Assembly: GCF_938045535.1 (NCBI RefSeq)
Contig: NZ_CALIMQ010000004.1
Span: forward strand, 1-35,595
Length of the DNA stretch: 35,595 bases
Direction of reading: 5' to 3'
Origin: an uncultured Campylobacter sp.
GTDB lineage: Bacteria > Campylobacterota > Campylobacteria > Campylobacterales > Campylobacteraceae
The translations under genes and the position numbers were made by a program. The notes under the pieces are model-generated. The model saw only the letters and a list, made by a program, of their open reading frames with translations, was not told the DNA's origin and searched no databases. This document shows positions 20,158 to 29,878 of the stretch, in pieces (the stretch's first letter is position 1; each line of letters starts with the position of its first letter).

Positions 20158-21030
20158 TTACGGCTCAAACGAGCAGGCTTTTAGGTTTCCGCCCGTTAAG
20201 CCCTTTTTAAACCACTCTTTGCGCTGTGCCGAGGTGCCGTGCGTGAAGGAATCAGGCACGACGCGACCGCTAAATTTGCGTTGCAACGTATCGTCGCCGA
20301 TCGCGCTGGCGGCATTTAGCGCCTCGTCGATGTCGCCTGCCTCCAGCACGCGCCCTGCTTTTGCGAGATAGTGCGCCCAGACCCCAGCGTAGCAGTCCGC
20401 CTGTAGCTCGACTTTAACCTGAAGCGCGTTTTGCTCGGCTTCGCTGCGAGCGCGCCTTTTTAGAGCGGCGACCTGTTCCAGCGTGCCGACTAAATTTTGA
20501 ACGTGATGCCCTACTTCGTGCGCGATGACGTAGGCCTGCGCGAAGTCGCCGCCCGCTTTGTATTTGTTCGCAAGCTCGTCGAAAAAACTGAGATCCAGAT
20601 AAATTTTGCGGTCCCTCGGGCAATAAAAAGGTCCCGTCTGCGCGCTCGCAAAGCCGCAGCCGCTTGCTATCTGATCGCGAAAGAGCCGCAAGCCGGGCTC
20701 CTCGTAGCGCGCGCCCACGCTTTTAAATATCTCGCCCCAAACGTCCTCGGTTTGGGCTAGCACCGCCGAGACGAAGGCGAGCTTTTCTTGCTCCTGCGGG
20801 CTGTCCGTCGGCTCTCTTTGCGTGCTAGCGCCCCTGTCTAAAAGCGCCAAAGGGTTGTAGCCCATAAAATACGCCACCGCGCCGATTACGAGCACTATGC
20901 GCCCGATCTTTGAGCCGAGCAAAAACCTGATGATCGGAATCAGCATCCCAAGCGAGCCGGAGCTCGTGCGCATGCTGCTTGCGCGGTCATCCTCTACGTT
21001 CGAGCTTCGTCTGCCGTCTTGCCATTTCAT
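20158..21030 (-). CDS. Neutral zinc metallopeptidase (YpfJ family)
   Basis: MKWQDGRRSSNVED, GPFYCP, AHEVGHHVQ HExxH motif, ELQADCYAG, SFTHGTSAQR. Confidence 0.93.
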   Translation of the reverse strand: MKWQDGRRSSNVEDDRASSMRTSSGSLGMLIPIIRFLLGSKIGRIVLVIGAVAYFMGYNPLALLDRGASTQREPTDSPQEQEKLAFVSAVLAQTEDVWGEIFKSVGARYEEPGLRLFRDQIASGCGFASAQTGPFYCPRDRKIYLDLSFFDELANKYKAGGDFAQAYVIAHEVGHHVQNLVGTLEQVAALKRRARSEAEQNALQVKVELQADCYAGVWAHYLAKAGRVLEAGDIDEALNAASAIGDDTLQRKFSGRVVPDSFTHGTSAQRKEWFKKGLTGGNLKACSFEP

Positions 21031-21180
21031 GTTTTTCCTTTAAAATTTTTGAGCCATTATACTAAAATTTTAAAAAGAGCGCCGCCTCGCTTTTTCAAAA
21101 ACAGTGCGCGCGTAGCGAAATAAATCTGAAATTTTGCTTATTTTAAATTTCTTTTAAGCTGTTTAAAATTTTAAATTCTA

Positions 21181-21186
21181 TATAAT
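21181..21186 (+). promoter_or_regulatory. Putative sigma70 -10 box for infA
   Basis: TATAAT preceded by periodic T-tracts and TTAAG, typical of Campylobacter RpoD promoters. Confidence 0.6.
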
Positions 21187-21219
21187 CGCCCTTTTTAAAT
21201 TTAAAAGAAAGGAGAATTT

Positions 21220-21438
21220 GTGGCAAAAGACGACGTCATAGAGATCGACGGCAACGTCATAGAAGCGCTACCGAACGCGACTTTTAAGGTTGAGCTAGAC
21301 AACAAACACGTGATTTTATGTCATATCGCGGGCAAGATGCGAATGCACTACATCAAGATAATGCCCGGCGATCGCGTAAAAGTCGAGCTGACCCCTTACA
21401 GCCTCGATAAAGGCAGGATCACCTACCGCTATAAGTAA
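21220..21438 (+). CDS. infA: Translation initiation factor IF-1
   Basis: [11 protein letters not shown]...[10 protein letters not shown]...[24 protein letters not shown] start. Confidence 0.98.
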   Translation: MAKDDVIEIDGNVIEALPNATFKVELDNKHVILCHIAGKMRMHYIKIMPGDRVKVELTPYSLDKGRITYRYK

Positions 21439-21455
21439 GGATAAAGTTAAATTTA

Positions 21456-21610
21456 GATATACTCGTGATTTTGCGACTAAACTGTAGGAAGAAGTGTTTT
21501 CAAAATCCCCACTATTTTGAAAACAGTTGGTTTGATACTTTCGCTTTTGAAATTTCATTAAACCTAGGTGCAGTTTGCATTTAAAGTGGAGAAAATTTTA
21601 GGAGAGTGGA
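21456..21610 (+). promoter_or_regulatory. Putative -10 box (TATACT 21458-21463) and ~140-nt structured 5' leader of the rpmJ-rplQ operon
   Basis: gaTATACT followed by three complementary stems (21479-86/21569-76; 21495-506/21514-25; 21529-36/21557-64). Confidence 0.6.
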
Positions 21611-21724
21611 ATGAAAGTTCGTCCATCCGTTAAGAAAATGTGCGACAAATGCAAAATTGTCAAGCGCAAAGGTGTTGTTCACGTTATTTGTGAAAATCCA
21701 AAACATAAACAAAGACAAGGATAA
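21611..21724 (+). CDS. rpmJ: 50S ribosomal protein L36
   Basis: Below the ORF-track cutoff; [37 protein letters not shown] (37 aa, zinc-ribbon form). Confidence 0.97.
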   Translation: MKVRPSVKKMCDKCKIVKRKGVVHVICENPKHKQRQG

Positions 21725-21727
21725 GTT

Positions 21728-22096
21728 ATGGCTCGTATCGCAGGTGTAGATCTACCAAAGAAAAAAAGGATTGAATACGGACTAACTTATATCTACGGTA
21801 TAGGTTTATTTACGTCGAGAAAAATTCTCGATGCGGCAGGAATTTCTTACGATAAAAGAGTCGCCGATCTGAGCGAAGATGAAGCCGCCGCTATCAGAAA
21901 AGAGATCCAAGAGCACTATATGGTCGAAGGCGATCTTCGCAAACAAGTGGCTATGGATATAAAAGCGCTTATGGACTTGGGCGGCTATCGCGGCTTAAGA
22001 CACAGAAAAGGCCTTCCTGTTCGCGGTCAAAAAACAAAAACGAACGCCAGAACCAGAAAAGGCAAACGCAAAACCGTCGGCGCGGCAGCTAAATAA
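21728..22096 (+). CDS. rpsM: 30S ribosomal protein S13
   Basis: [36 protein letters not shown]. Confidence 0.98.
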   Translation: MARIAGVDLPKKKRIEYGLTYIYGIGLFTSRKILDAAGISYDKRVADLSEDEAAAIRKEIQEHYMVEGDLRKQVAMDIKALMDLGGYRGLRHRKGLPVRGQKTKTNARTRKGKRKTVGAAAK

Positions 22097-22106
22097 GGAT
22101 TGAGAT

Positions 22107-22499
22107 ATGGCACAAAAAAAAGTAGTTAAGAAAAAAACCGTCAGAAAAAATATCGCCAAAGGCATAGTTTACATCTCCGCTACGTTTAACAACACTATGA
22201 TAACCGTAACGGATGAGATGGGTAATGCGATCGCGTGGAGCAGTGCGGGCGCTTTAAATTTTAAAGGCAGCAAAAAATCCACCCCTTATGCGGCGCAGCA
22301 AGCCGTCGAGGACGCGCTAAACAAAGCCAAAGAGCACGGCATCAAAGAGGTAGGCGTCAAGGTTCAGGGTCCGGGAAGCGGACGCGAGACCGCCGTTAAA
22401 AGCGTAGGTAGCGTAGAAGGGATTAAAGTTACATATTTCAAAGATATCACTCCTCTTGCGCACAACGGTTGCAGACCGCCTAAACGACGTCGCGTGTAA
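22107..22499 (+). CDS. rpsK: 30S ribosomal protein S11
   Basis: [34 protein letters not shown]. Confidence 0.98.
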   Translation: MAQKKVVKKKTVRKNIAKGIVYISATFNNTMITVTDEMGNAIAWSSAGALNFKGSKKSTPYAAQQAVEDALNKAKEHGIKEVGVKVQGPGSGRETAVKSVGSVEGIKVTYFKDITPLAHNGCRPPKRRRV

Positions 22500-22517
22500 T
22501 TATAAAAGGAGAAATTT

Positions 22518-23144
22518 ATGGCTAGATATACAGGACCGGTTGAAAAATTAGAAAGAAGGCTCGGCGTCGATCTATTTATGAAAGGCGAAAGAAGGCTTGC
22601 GGGCAAGAGCGCGCTTTTAAAACGCCCTTACGCTCCGGGTCAGCACGGACAAAGACGCGCTAAACTAAGCGAATACGGCTCACAGCTTCGCGAGAAACAA
22701 AAGGCTAAATTTATGTACGGCGTAAGCGAGAAGCAGTTCCGCAGGCTATTTGCCGAAGCGGCTCGTAGAGAGGGTAACACTGGAGCGATCTTAGTTCAGC
22801 TTTTAGAGCAGAGGCTAGATAACGTCGTTTACCGCATGGGATTTGCTACGACTAGACGCTTTGCGCGCCAGCTCGTTACGCACGGACACATTTTAGTAGA
22901 CGGCAAGCGCGTCGATATCCCTTCATACAGCGTCCGCGCAGGACAAAAGATCGAAGTGATCGAAAAGAGCAAAAATAACCCGCAAATTTCAAGAGCGCTG
23001 GATCTTACGGCACAGACCGGCATCGTAGCGTGGGTAGACGTAGAAAAAGAGAAAAGATACGGAATTTTTTCTAGAGTTCCGGAGAGAGAAGAAGTTGTTA
23101 TTCCTGTAGAGGAAAGATTTATCGTAGAGCTTTACTCGAAATAG
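22518..23144 (+). CDS. rpsD: 30S ribosomal protein S4
   Basis: [43 protein letters not shown]. Confidence 0.98.
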   Translation: MARYTGPVEKLERRLGVDLFMKGERRLAGKSALLKRPYAPGQHGQRRAKLSEYGSQLREKQKAKFMYGVSEKQFRRLFAEAARREGNTGAILVQLLEQRLDNVVYRMGFATTRRFARQLVTHGHILVDGKRVDIPSYSVRAGQKIEVIEKSKNNPQISRALDLTAQTGIVAWVDVEKEKRYGIFSRVPEREEVVIPVEERFIVELYSK

Positions 23145-23155
23145 TAGGTGCTAAT

Positions 23156-24181
23156 ATGAGAAAAATCACAACATCAGCTCATATGCCAACTGAAATAAAG
23201 GTTGAGAATGTCAGCGAAAATGTTGCTAAAATCATAGCATATCCCTTTGAAACGGGATATGCCGTCACTCTAGCTCATCCTTTACGAAGGTTACTTTATA
23301 CGAGCACGGTCGGTTTTGCGCCGACTGCGGTTAAAATCGAAGGCGTAAGCCACGAATTCGACAGCATGCGCGGCATGCTCGAGGATATGGCGGCTTTTAT
23401 CATAAATTTAAAGGGCTTAAGGTTTAAAATCAAGGGCGATTCCCTACGCGAGGTCGTAGAATACAGCTTCAAAGGGCCTAAAGAAATTTACGGCAGCGAC
23501 CTAAACAACGACGCCGTAGAGATCGTAAATCCAAGCGCTTATCTAGCTACGATAAACGAGGATGCCGATCTTAAATTTACGCTCATCATCGAAAAGGGTA
23601 TCGGCTACGTCCCAAGCGAAGAGATCAGAGAAAATTTAGACGCTGATTTTATCGCGCTGGATGCGTTTTTTACCCCGGTAACCAAAGCTGTTTACGATAT
23701 CGAAAACGTATTCGTAGAGGATAATCCCGACTACGAAAAGGTGGTCTTTACGATCACTACCGACGGCCAGATCAGCGCGATAGATGCGTTTAAAAACGCG
23801 CTTGAAGCGATGTATCAGCAGCTGGCGGTTTTCAAAGGCATCGTAAATATCAGCGCTGCGGATACTTTCGGTAGAGCGATTCCTGCAAATTCCGAGTTTG
23901 CAAAGCTTTTTGAGAGCGTTAGCAATCTAAGCCTAAGCGCGCGAAGCTTTAACTGCCTGGATCGCGCGGATATTAGATTTATCGGCGAGCTAGCGATTAT
24001 GGAAGAGAGCGAGCTTAAAGACCTTAAAAATTTAGGTAAAAAATCGCTCGAGGAAATCAAAGCCGTTATGGAGGAGATAGGTTATCCTATCGGCAACCAA
24101 GAGCTCGGCGATAAAAAAGAGCAGCTAAAACGCAAGCTTGACGAGCTGAAGGCTCAAAGACAAAAGAATGAAGGACAATAA
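23156..24181 (+). CDS. rpoA: RNA polymerase subunit alpha
   Basis: [28 protein letters not shown], alpha-[22 protein letters not shown]. Confidence 0.98.
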   Translation: MRKITTSAHMPTEIKVENVSENVAKIIAYPFETGYAVTLAHPLRRLLYTSTVGFAPTAVKIEGVSHEFDSMRGMLEDMAAFIINLKGLRFKIKGDSLREVVEYSFKGPKEIYGSDLNNDAVEIVNPSAYLATINEDADLKFTLIIEKGIGYVPSEEIRENLDADFIALDAFFTPVTKAVYDIENVFVEDNPDYEKVVFTITTDGQISAIDAFKNALEAMYQQLAVFKGIVNISAADTFGRAIPANSEFAKLFESVSNLSLSARSFNCLDRADIRFIGELAIMEESELKDLKNLGKKSLEEIKAVMEEIGYPIGNQELGDKKEQLKRKLDELKAQRQKNEGQ

Positions 24182-24538
24182 ATGAGACATAATCACGGAT
24201 ATAGGAAGCTAGGGCGCACTTCGTCTCACCGTGCTGCCCTGCTTAAAAATTTAACCATCGCTTTAGTTACTAGCGGCAAGATCGAAACTACGCTTCCTAA
24301 GGCAAAAGAGCTAAGAAGCTATGCCGAGAAGCTAATAACTCGCGCGCGCAAGGGCGACAGCGAGGCGCATAGATTTGTTTTCGCGGCGCTTCAGGATAAG
24401 GTTGCGACAAATAAGCTAGTCACCGAGATCGCTCCAAAATACGCGGGCGTAAACGGCGGCTACACTCGCATCATCAAAACCCGCCTTCGCAAGGGGGACG
24501 CCGCAGAGATGGCTTATATTGAGCTAATCAGCAAATAA
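24182..24538 (+). CDS. rplQ: 50S ribosomal protein L17
   Basis: [37 protein letters not shown]. Confidence 0.98.
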   Translation: MRHNHGYRKLGRTSSHRAALLKNLTIALVTSGKIETTLPKAKELRSYAEKLITRARKGDSEAHRFVFAALQDKVATNKLVTEIAPKYAGVNGGYTRIIKTRLRKGDAAEMAYIELISK

Positions 24539-24568
24539 AATTTCGGGATCGCTCCCGAAATTTCTTCT
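24538..24568 (+). terminator. Intrinsic terminator of the ribosomal operon
   Basis: Perfect 11-bp stem AAATTTCGGGA-tcgc-TCCCGAAATTT followed by CTTCT. Confidence 0.8.
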
Positions 24569-25129
24569 ATGAAATTTAAAATTTTACTCCCGCTTATTAT
24601 CATCGCTGCGGGTCTAGCGTGGGCATTGGACAATTATCTTAGCTATAAAAATATCGAAACGATCAACTCCGAAATTCCGCTAAAGCAAGCATTGGACGGC
24701 GAGCAAATTTCTAAAATCCGCGTCTATAAATCCAAACGAATTCTTGAAATTTTAACTTCAAAAGGCATCGCAAAAAGCTATAAAATCGCCCTCGGACGCG
24801 AGCCAGAAGGACACAAAGAAGTTCAAGGCGACGGCAAAACCCCGGAGGGCAACTACACCATAAACGGCAAAAATCCAAACTCGGCGTATCATCTAAATTT
24901 AGGCATCTCCTATCCGAATAAAGCCGACGTAGCACACGCAAAATCCCTCGGCAAGAGCGCAGGTGGCGATATCAAAATCCACGGGCTACCGAACAAATTT
25001 AGCTACCTAGGGCAGAGTATCGCGGCGTTCGGCGACTGGACGGAGGGCTGCATAGCGCTCGTCAATGACGATATGGACGAGCTTTTTGAACACGTGAAAA
25101 TCGGCACGCCGATAGAAATTTTGCCGTGA
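24569..25129 (+). CDS. L,D-transpeptidase family protein (YkuD domain)
   Basis: N-terminal hydrophobic anchor, KEVQGDGKTPEGNY, GGDIKIHG...WTEGCIAL (HxX..C catalytic motif). Confidence 0.93.
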   Translation: MKFKILLPLIIIAAGLAWALDNYLSYKNIETINSEIPLKQALDGEQISKIRVYKSKRILEILTSKGIAKSYKIALGREPEGHKEVQGDGKTPEGNYTINGKNPNSAYHLNLGISYPNKADVAHAKSLGKSAGGDIKIHGLPNKFSYLGQSIAAFGDWTEGCIALVNDDMDELFEHVKIGTPIEILP

Positions 25130-25608
25130 CTGCACGCGCCTGCGCTAAAATTTCACAGCCGCGATCGATATAAAATGTAGCGTAAATTTCATCTGCGAGC
25201 TTTAAAATAATATTCGCCGCCCAATCTTTCATATCCCGCAAAATTTACGATTAAGATCGAAATCTATTTTTTATAAAAATTTAATCGTATCGGCGCTTAT
25301 TCTAATTAAATTTAGAGAGTTCCGCTTTAAATTTTACCTACCGCTCAAGCAAAATTCCTTTTCAAATTTAGCCCTCGGTCTGGCTGAAATTTCATCCCAA
25401 ATTTATAGCGCAAATAGTCTAAATTTAAATATACGCAAGCCAGATGATTTGCGCGTACTTCGCCATTGCGAATCGATAAAATTTTAAAATCGCGGCTCGC
25501 CGTTCGCGCCGTATAAAATTCTTTGCGAGCCATTACGCAAAATCCGCGCCCTCGCGCAAAATTTCAGATTAAATTTCATCCCCGATAAGCCTTTTTTTAT
25601 CGCTTTTG

Positions 25609-25616
25609 GATATAAT
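25609..25616 (+). promoter_or_regulatory. Putative sigma70 -10 box for the nifU-murE operon
   Basis: gaTATAAT with upstream T-tracts, ~27 nt before the ATG. Confidence 0.6.
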
Positions 25617-25643
25617 GCGCCAAAACTAAAATAAGGAATTTTA

Positions 25644-25910
25644 ATGATACCATTTACAGACGAAGAGCTTCTAGCCCCGGTACAAGGCAGCTTGGAGCTA
25701 ATCCGACCGATGCTGCAAAACGACGGCGGCGATATGAAACTTTTAGGCATAAAAGACGGCATCGTCTATGTCCGCCTTACCGGGCATTGCCACGGCTGCG
25801 CCGCAAGTGCGCAGACCCTAAAATACGGCGTCGAGCGCCAGCTTCGCATGGATATTCACCCCGAGCTTAGCGTCGTAAACATCCCCGAAGGCGAAGAGTT
25901 TGAATTATAA
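25644..25910 (+). CDS. NifU/NfuA-like Fe-S cluster carrier
   Basis: IRPMLQNDGGD...GHCHGCAASAQTLKYGVE (CxxC). Confidence 0.93.
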   Translation: MIPFTDEELLAPVQGSLELIRPMLQNDGGDMKLLGIKDGIVYVRLTGHCHGCAASAQTLKYGVERQLRMDIHPELSVVNIPEGEEFEL

Positions 25911-26448
25911 AAAGCTGGGGCTAAAAGCCTTTTCGCGCGGAGAATTTGAGCTTGCGAAGCTGTATTTTTCGCTCGCCTACGAAAAAAGCGGCGAGGAGGA
26001 AATTCTATTTTTGCTTGAGCTTTGCCAGACCGCGCTGGCAGACCGCGAAGAAGCGCTTATGCTCTTTGATTTTTATAACCTCAGCCCCAAAACCCAGACT
26101 GCGGAGCTTTTTAAAATTTTAAACTCCATCAACGAAAAGATCGCGAATGAAGCGGCTTCCGAGCCCGGCGCCGAGGATGAGATCGCCGTTATCGCGTATG
26201 CCGATTTTATGCGCGCGGTAGGCCAAAGAGGCTTTAAAGACGCCTTCGAATCGATCATTTTTTCCTCCAAAATCGCCATTTCGGACAAAAGCGAGATGAT
26301 AGAATTTTTAGAAAATTTGATAGAAAACGGCTACTACGAGATGGGGCTTAATTACGTCGAGAGCTCGGCCGCCGCATACGCAGGCGATGAGCGCTTCGAA
26401 GCGTTGATGCAAAAAATCAAAAATCATGAAAATACGACTCGAAAATAG
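25900..26448 (+). CDS. Conserved hypothetical protein (TPR-like helical, Campylobacter nifU-murE linker gene)
   Basis: Overlaps the flanking genes in an operon; helical composition; FESIIFSSKIAI segment; TTG start. Confidence 0.7.
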   Translation: MNYKKLGLKAFSRGEFELAKLYFSLAYEKSGEEEILFLLELCQTALADREEALMLFDFYNLSPKTQTAELFKILNSINEKIANEAASEPGAEDEIAVIAYADFMRAVGQRGFKDAFESIIFSSKIAISDKSEMIEFLENLIENGYYEMGLNYVESSAAAYAGDERFEALMQKIKNHENTTRK

Positions 26449-27736
26449 CTTTATCACCGACAACTCCGCCGAGTGCGAGGCAGGCTGCTTTTTTATGCGC
26501 ACGGACGCGAACGCTAAATTCCAAGCCGAAGCGGCGCAAAAAAGTGCGCAGATCATCTCTATCGCGCAAGCAAAGGAGCTTTTAAAGATCGATCCACGTA
26601 TCAAAATCGTAGGCATCACCGGTACGAACGGCAAAACGACGACCGCGGCGGCGATCTACTCGACGCTGCTGGATCTGGGCTTTAGCTGCGGTCTAAGCGG
26701 CACGCGCGGCGCCTTTATAAACGAGTGCAGGATCGATGAGAAGGGGCTTACGACGAGCTCAGTTTTTAAGACGATGAGCTATCTTTACGAAGCTAGCAAG
26801 CAGAGCTGCAAGTATTTCGTCATGGAGGTTAGCTCGCACGCAATCGCGCAAAATCGCATCGAAGGATTAGAATTTACGCTTAAAATTTTTACGAATTTAA
26901 GTCAAGACCATCTCGATTATCACGGCAGCATGCAAGAATACGCCGCGGTCAAGAGCTCGTTTTTCGCAGACGACGCTCCCAAGCTCATAAACGCCGACGA
27001 CGAACATATTAAATTTAACTCTGCAAACGCCCTTACCTACGGCATCAAAAACGCCGCGAGCTTCGGCGTGAGCGGATACGGGCTAAAGGGCGGCATCGAC
27101 GCGCTCGTGCGTACTCCAAACGGCGATAATGCTCAACTTCAAAGCGATCTCATCGGCGAATTTAATCTCTACAACCTTACCGCGGCGTTTGCGGCGGTTA
27201 AAATTCTAACCAAGCTGCCGAACGAAAAGATCGCAAAAGCCCTGGCAAACTTCGGCGGCGTCGAGGGTCGCGTACAGATCGTAAATAAAAATCCGCTTGT
27301 AATCGTCGATTTTGCTCATACCCCGGACGGCATCGAAAAGGTGCTAAACGCGCTACGCGCAAGCGGCGAGATTATCGCGGTTTTCGGCGCAGGAGGCGAT
27401 CGCGACCACGGCAAGCGTCCGAAAATGGGCGCCATCGCCGAGCACTTTGCTAAATTTTGCATCGTTACGAGCGATAATCCGCGCAGCGAGGATCCGGACG
27501 AAATCATTGATCAAATTTGCGCCGGTATGCGCCGAAAGGATAAAATTTTAAAGATCACGGATCGCAAGGAGGCGATCGCGCGCGCACTAGATCTTGCCAA
27601 AAACGGCGAGATGATCGCTATTTTGGGCAAGGGCGACGAGACCTACCAGGAGATCAAGGGCGTGAAGCATCCTTTCAACGACAAGCAGGTCGTGAGTGAG
27701 CTCGTCGCGGCGCGAGGCGAGTCAAATTTAGACTAA
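26426..27736 (+). CDS. murE: UDP-MurNAc-tripeptide synthetase (meso-DAP-adding) MurE
   Basis: [40 protein letters not shown] (DAP specificity), GKG. Confidence 0.97.
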   Translation: MKIRLENSFITDNSAECEAGCFFMRTDANAKFQAEAAQKSAQIISIAQAKELLKIDPRIKIVGITGTNGKTTTAAAIYSTLLDLGFSCGLSGTRGAFINECRIDEKGLTTSSVFKTMSYLYEASKQSCKYFVMEVSSHAIAQNRIEGLEFTLKIFTNLSQDHLDYHGSMQEYAAVKSSFFADDAPKLINADDEHIKFNSANALTYGIKNAASFGVSGYGLKGGIDALVRTPNGDNAQLQSDLIGEFNLYNLTAAFAAVKILTKLPNEKIAKALANFGGVEGRVQIVNKNPLVIVDFAHTPDGIEKVLNALRASGEIIAVFGAGGDRDHGKRPKMGAIAEHFAKFCIVTSDNPRSEDPDEIIDQICAGMRRKDKILKITDRKEAIARALDLAKNGEMIAILGKGDETYQEIKGVKHPFNDKQVVSELVAARGESNLD

Positions 27737-27752
27737 ATTTAAAGGACGGCCG

Positions 27753-28100
27753 ATGAAAATCGAAATTTTATCAAGCAAAATCCACCGCGCGCGCGTGACG
27801 GACGCCAACCTAAACTACGTGGGCTCCATTACGATCGGACCCGAGCTCATCGAGGCTGCGGGGCTTTGCGAATACCAAAAAGTCGAAATACTAAACGTCA
27901 ATAACGGCGAGCGCTTCGCTACATACGTGATCCGCGGTGAGAAAAAGGGCGAGATCTGCCTAAACGGCGCAGCTGCGCGCAAAGTCTGCGTCGGCGACGT
28001 CGTCATCATCGTGGCCTACGCTCAGATGAGCGCCAAAAAAGCGAAAAATTTCGAGCCAAAAATCGTGCAGGTAAACGAAAAAAACGAAATAACGGAGTAA
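27753..28100 (+). CDS. panD: Aspartate 1-decarboxylase
   Basis: [18 protein letters not shown] (G-S self-cleavage site), [15 protein letters not shown]. Confidence 0.97.
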   Translation: MKIEILSSKIHRARVTDANLNYVGSITIGPELIEAAGLCEYQKVEILNVNNGERFATYVIRGEKKGEICLNGAAARKVCVGDVVIIVAYAQMSAKKAKNFEPKIVQVNEKNEITE

Positions 28101-28102
28101 AG

Positions 28103-28432
28103 ATGTTTGAAGGAATGGATTTTTCGAAAATGGGGCAGATGCTCGATCAGATGCAGGCCAAGGCTAAGCAGATCGAGGAGGAGAATGCGCGCAAGGAATT
28201 TACCGTAAAATCGGGCGCGGGCATGGTCGCCATCAGGCTAAACGGCGCGGGCGAGGTGCTCGATCTAAGCATCGACGACAGCCTTTTTAACGACAAAGAG
28301 AGCTTGCAGATCCTGCTAATCTCGGCGATAGGCGACGCGATAAAACTTGTCGAAAACGAAAAGAAAGGCGCCGCAGCGTCCATGCTAGGAGGGCTCGGCG
28401 GATTGGGTGATCTGCTTGGCAATAAGGGCTAA
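28103..28432 (+). CDS. YbaB/EbfC family nucleoid-associated protein
   Basis: QMQAKAKQIEEE...SGAGMVAIRLNG...DKESLQILLISA. Confidence 0.93.
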   Translation: MFEGMDFSKMGQMLDQMQAKAKQIEEENARKEFTVKSGAGMVAIRLNGAGEVLDLSIDDSLFNDKESLQILLISAIGDAIKLVENEKKGAAASMLGGLGGLGDLLGNKG

Positions 28433-29023
28433 GCGTAGTTCAAAAATGGTGAAAATAGGCTTTTTAGAGAGGGCGACTACTTCCCGCCTAGCGAGCGGTT
28501 TGGATTCTACGGAGCGAGCGGCTTCTACAGCGAACTAAATGAAGCCCGATTTTATAAGGCGGCGTTAAATTTAGATTTTGTGGCGATACGGTTTGCATAA
28601 AGCACGGCTCGCTTGATTTGACGCGAGGTTATTAAATTTTAACCTTAGCAAATCAGTCAAATTTAACGGGCGGCACGAGGGCAAATTCTAAAATTTCGGC
28701 GAGCTGCTACGCTGCAGCGCAAAGTAAAATTTAACTCGCACGGCTTAAATGCAAAGCGGGCGAGCCGTTGCGCGACATCCGCGAGCAAATCGAGCGTAAG
28801 ATGCGGCTAAAAAAAGCGGAGCATCCTTCGCCTCGCGCACTGCGTAAAGCTAGGGAAATTAAAATTTAAAATTTTAAGCGGCATGATTACTTCTACGCGA
28901 CGTACAAACGGCTTGCGACAGCAAAGTCTAAGCTGCGCGACGAAAAGGCATTCGAAGGGCGCGAATTTGCATTCGTCAAGGGCGCGCCCAAGCAGAGCAA
29001 ATCAAAACCGCAAGGTAGGATCG

Positions 29024-29875
29024 ATGGATATTTTAGAAAAATTTAAAGACTACTTGAAGCACAACGAGCTGAAGGCGCCGAGCTTTCATCCGTACTTCGA
29101 GGAGGCACTCAATTACATGCTGCAAGCGGGCGGCAAGCACTTTCGCGCGCAGCTGCTGCTAGGCGTCGTCTCGACGGTGGATGAGCGGCGCTTTGAGGGC
29201 GCGCTGGCGATCGCGATGGCGCTTGAGATGATCCACACCTACTCGCTCATACACGACGATCTGCCCGCGATGGACGATGCGGATCTGCGTCGCGGGCGGC
29301 CAAGCCTGCATAAAAAATACGACGAGGTCACAGCGATTTTGGTGGGCGACGCGCTAAATACCGACGCGTTTTTGATCGCCGCGAGCGCGAACCTAAGCGA
29401 CGAGATTAAGATAAAATGTATTAAAACTCTAGCGCGAAACGCAGGCAGTAGCGGCATGGTGCTCGGTCAGGCGATCGATTGCCGTTTTGAAAACAGCCCA
29501 CTAAAACAAAGCGAGCTTGAGTTTTTGCATCTGCACAAAACGGGCGCGCTCATCGCCGCAGCGTTTGAGCTAGGCGCCATAATCGGCGGGTTAAAGGATG
29601 AGCTTTCGCATGAGCTTTATAAGATCGGGCTGAAGCTAGGTCTCATATTTCAGATCGAGGATGATATCATCGACGCCACGGGCGACGAGGCAAGCGCAGG
29701 CAAACCCGTAGGGGCGGACGGCGCGAAAAATTCCTTCGTAAATTTACTAGGTCTTGCGGGCGCTAGAAGCTACAAGCAGCGCCTAATAGACGAGGTAAGC
29801 GGCGCGATGAGCGGCTATGACGAAAGCCTACGCGATTTGGTTTTAAATTTGATAGAAAAATACCTGAAAGGATGA
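29024..29875 (+). CDS. ispA: Geranyltranstransferase / farnesyl diphosphate synthase
   Basis: GGKHFR, YSLIHDDLPAMDDADLRRG (FARM), KTG, FQIEDDIID (SARM); the real start is probably ATG 29024 (AGGA SD), not 28883. Confidence 0.95.
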   Translation: MDILEKFKDYLKHNELKAPSFHPYFEEALNYMLQAGGKHFRAQLLLGVVSTVDERRFEGALAIAMALEMIHTYSLIHDDLPAMDDADLRRGRPSLHKKYDEVTAILVGDALNTDAFLIAASANLSDEIKIKCIKTLARNAGSSGMVLGQAIDCRFENSPLKQSELEFLHLHKTGALIAAAFELGAIIGGLKDELSHELYKIGLKLGLIFQIEDDIIDATGDEASAGKPVGADGAKNSFVNLLGLAGARSYKQRLIDEVSGAMSGYDESLRDLVLNLIEKYLKG

Positions 29876-29878
29876 AAA

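Noticed and set aside
21031..21219. infA-rpmJ-alpha operon detached from secY/map
   Set aside because: As I recall, the same separation exists in C. jejuni, so it is ordinary for the genus.
28883..29023. N-terminal extension of IspA in the ORF track
   Set aside because: Low-complexity filler; family similarity and an SD begin at ATG 29024.
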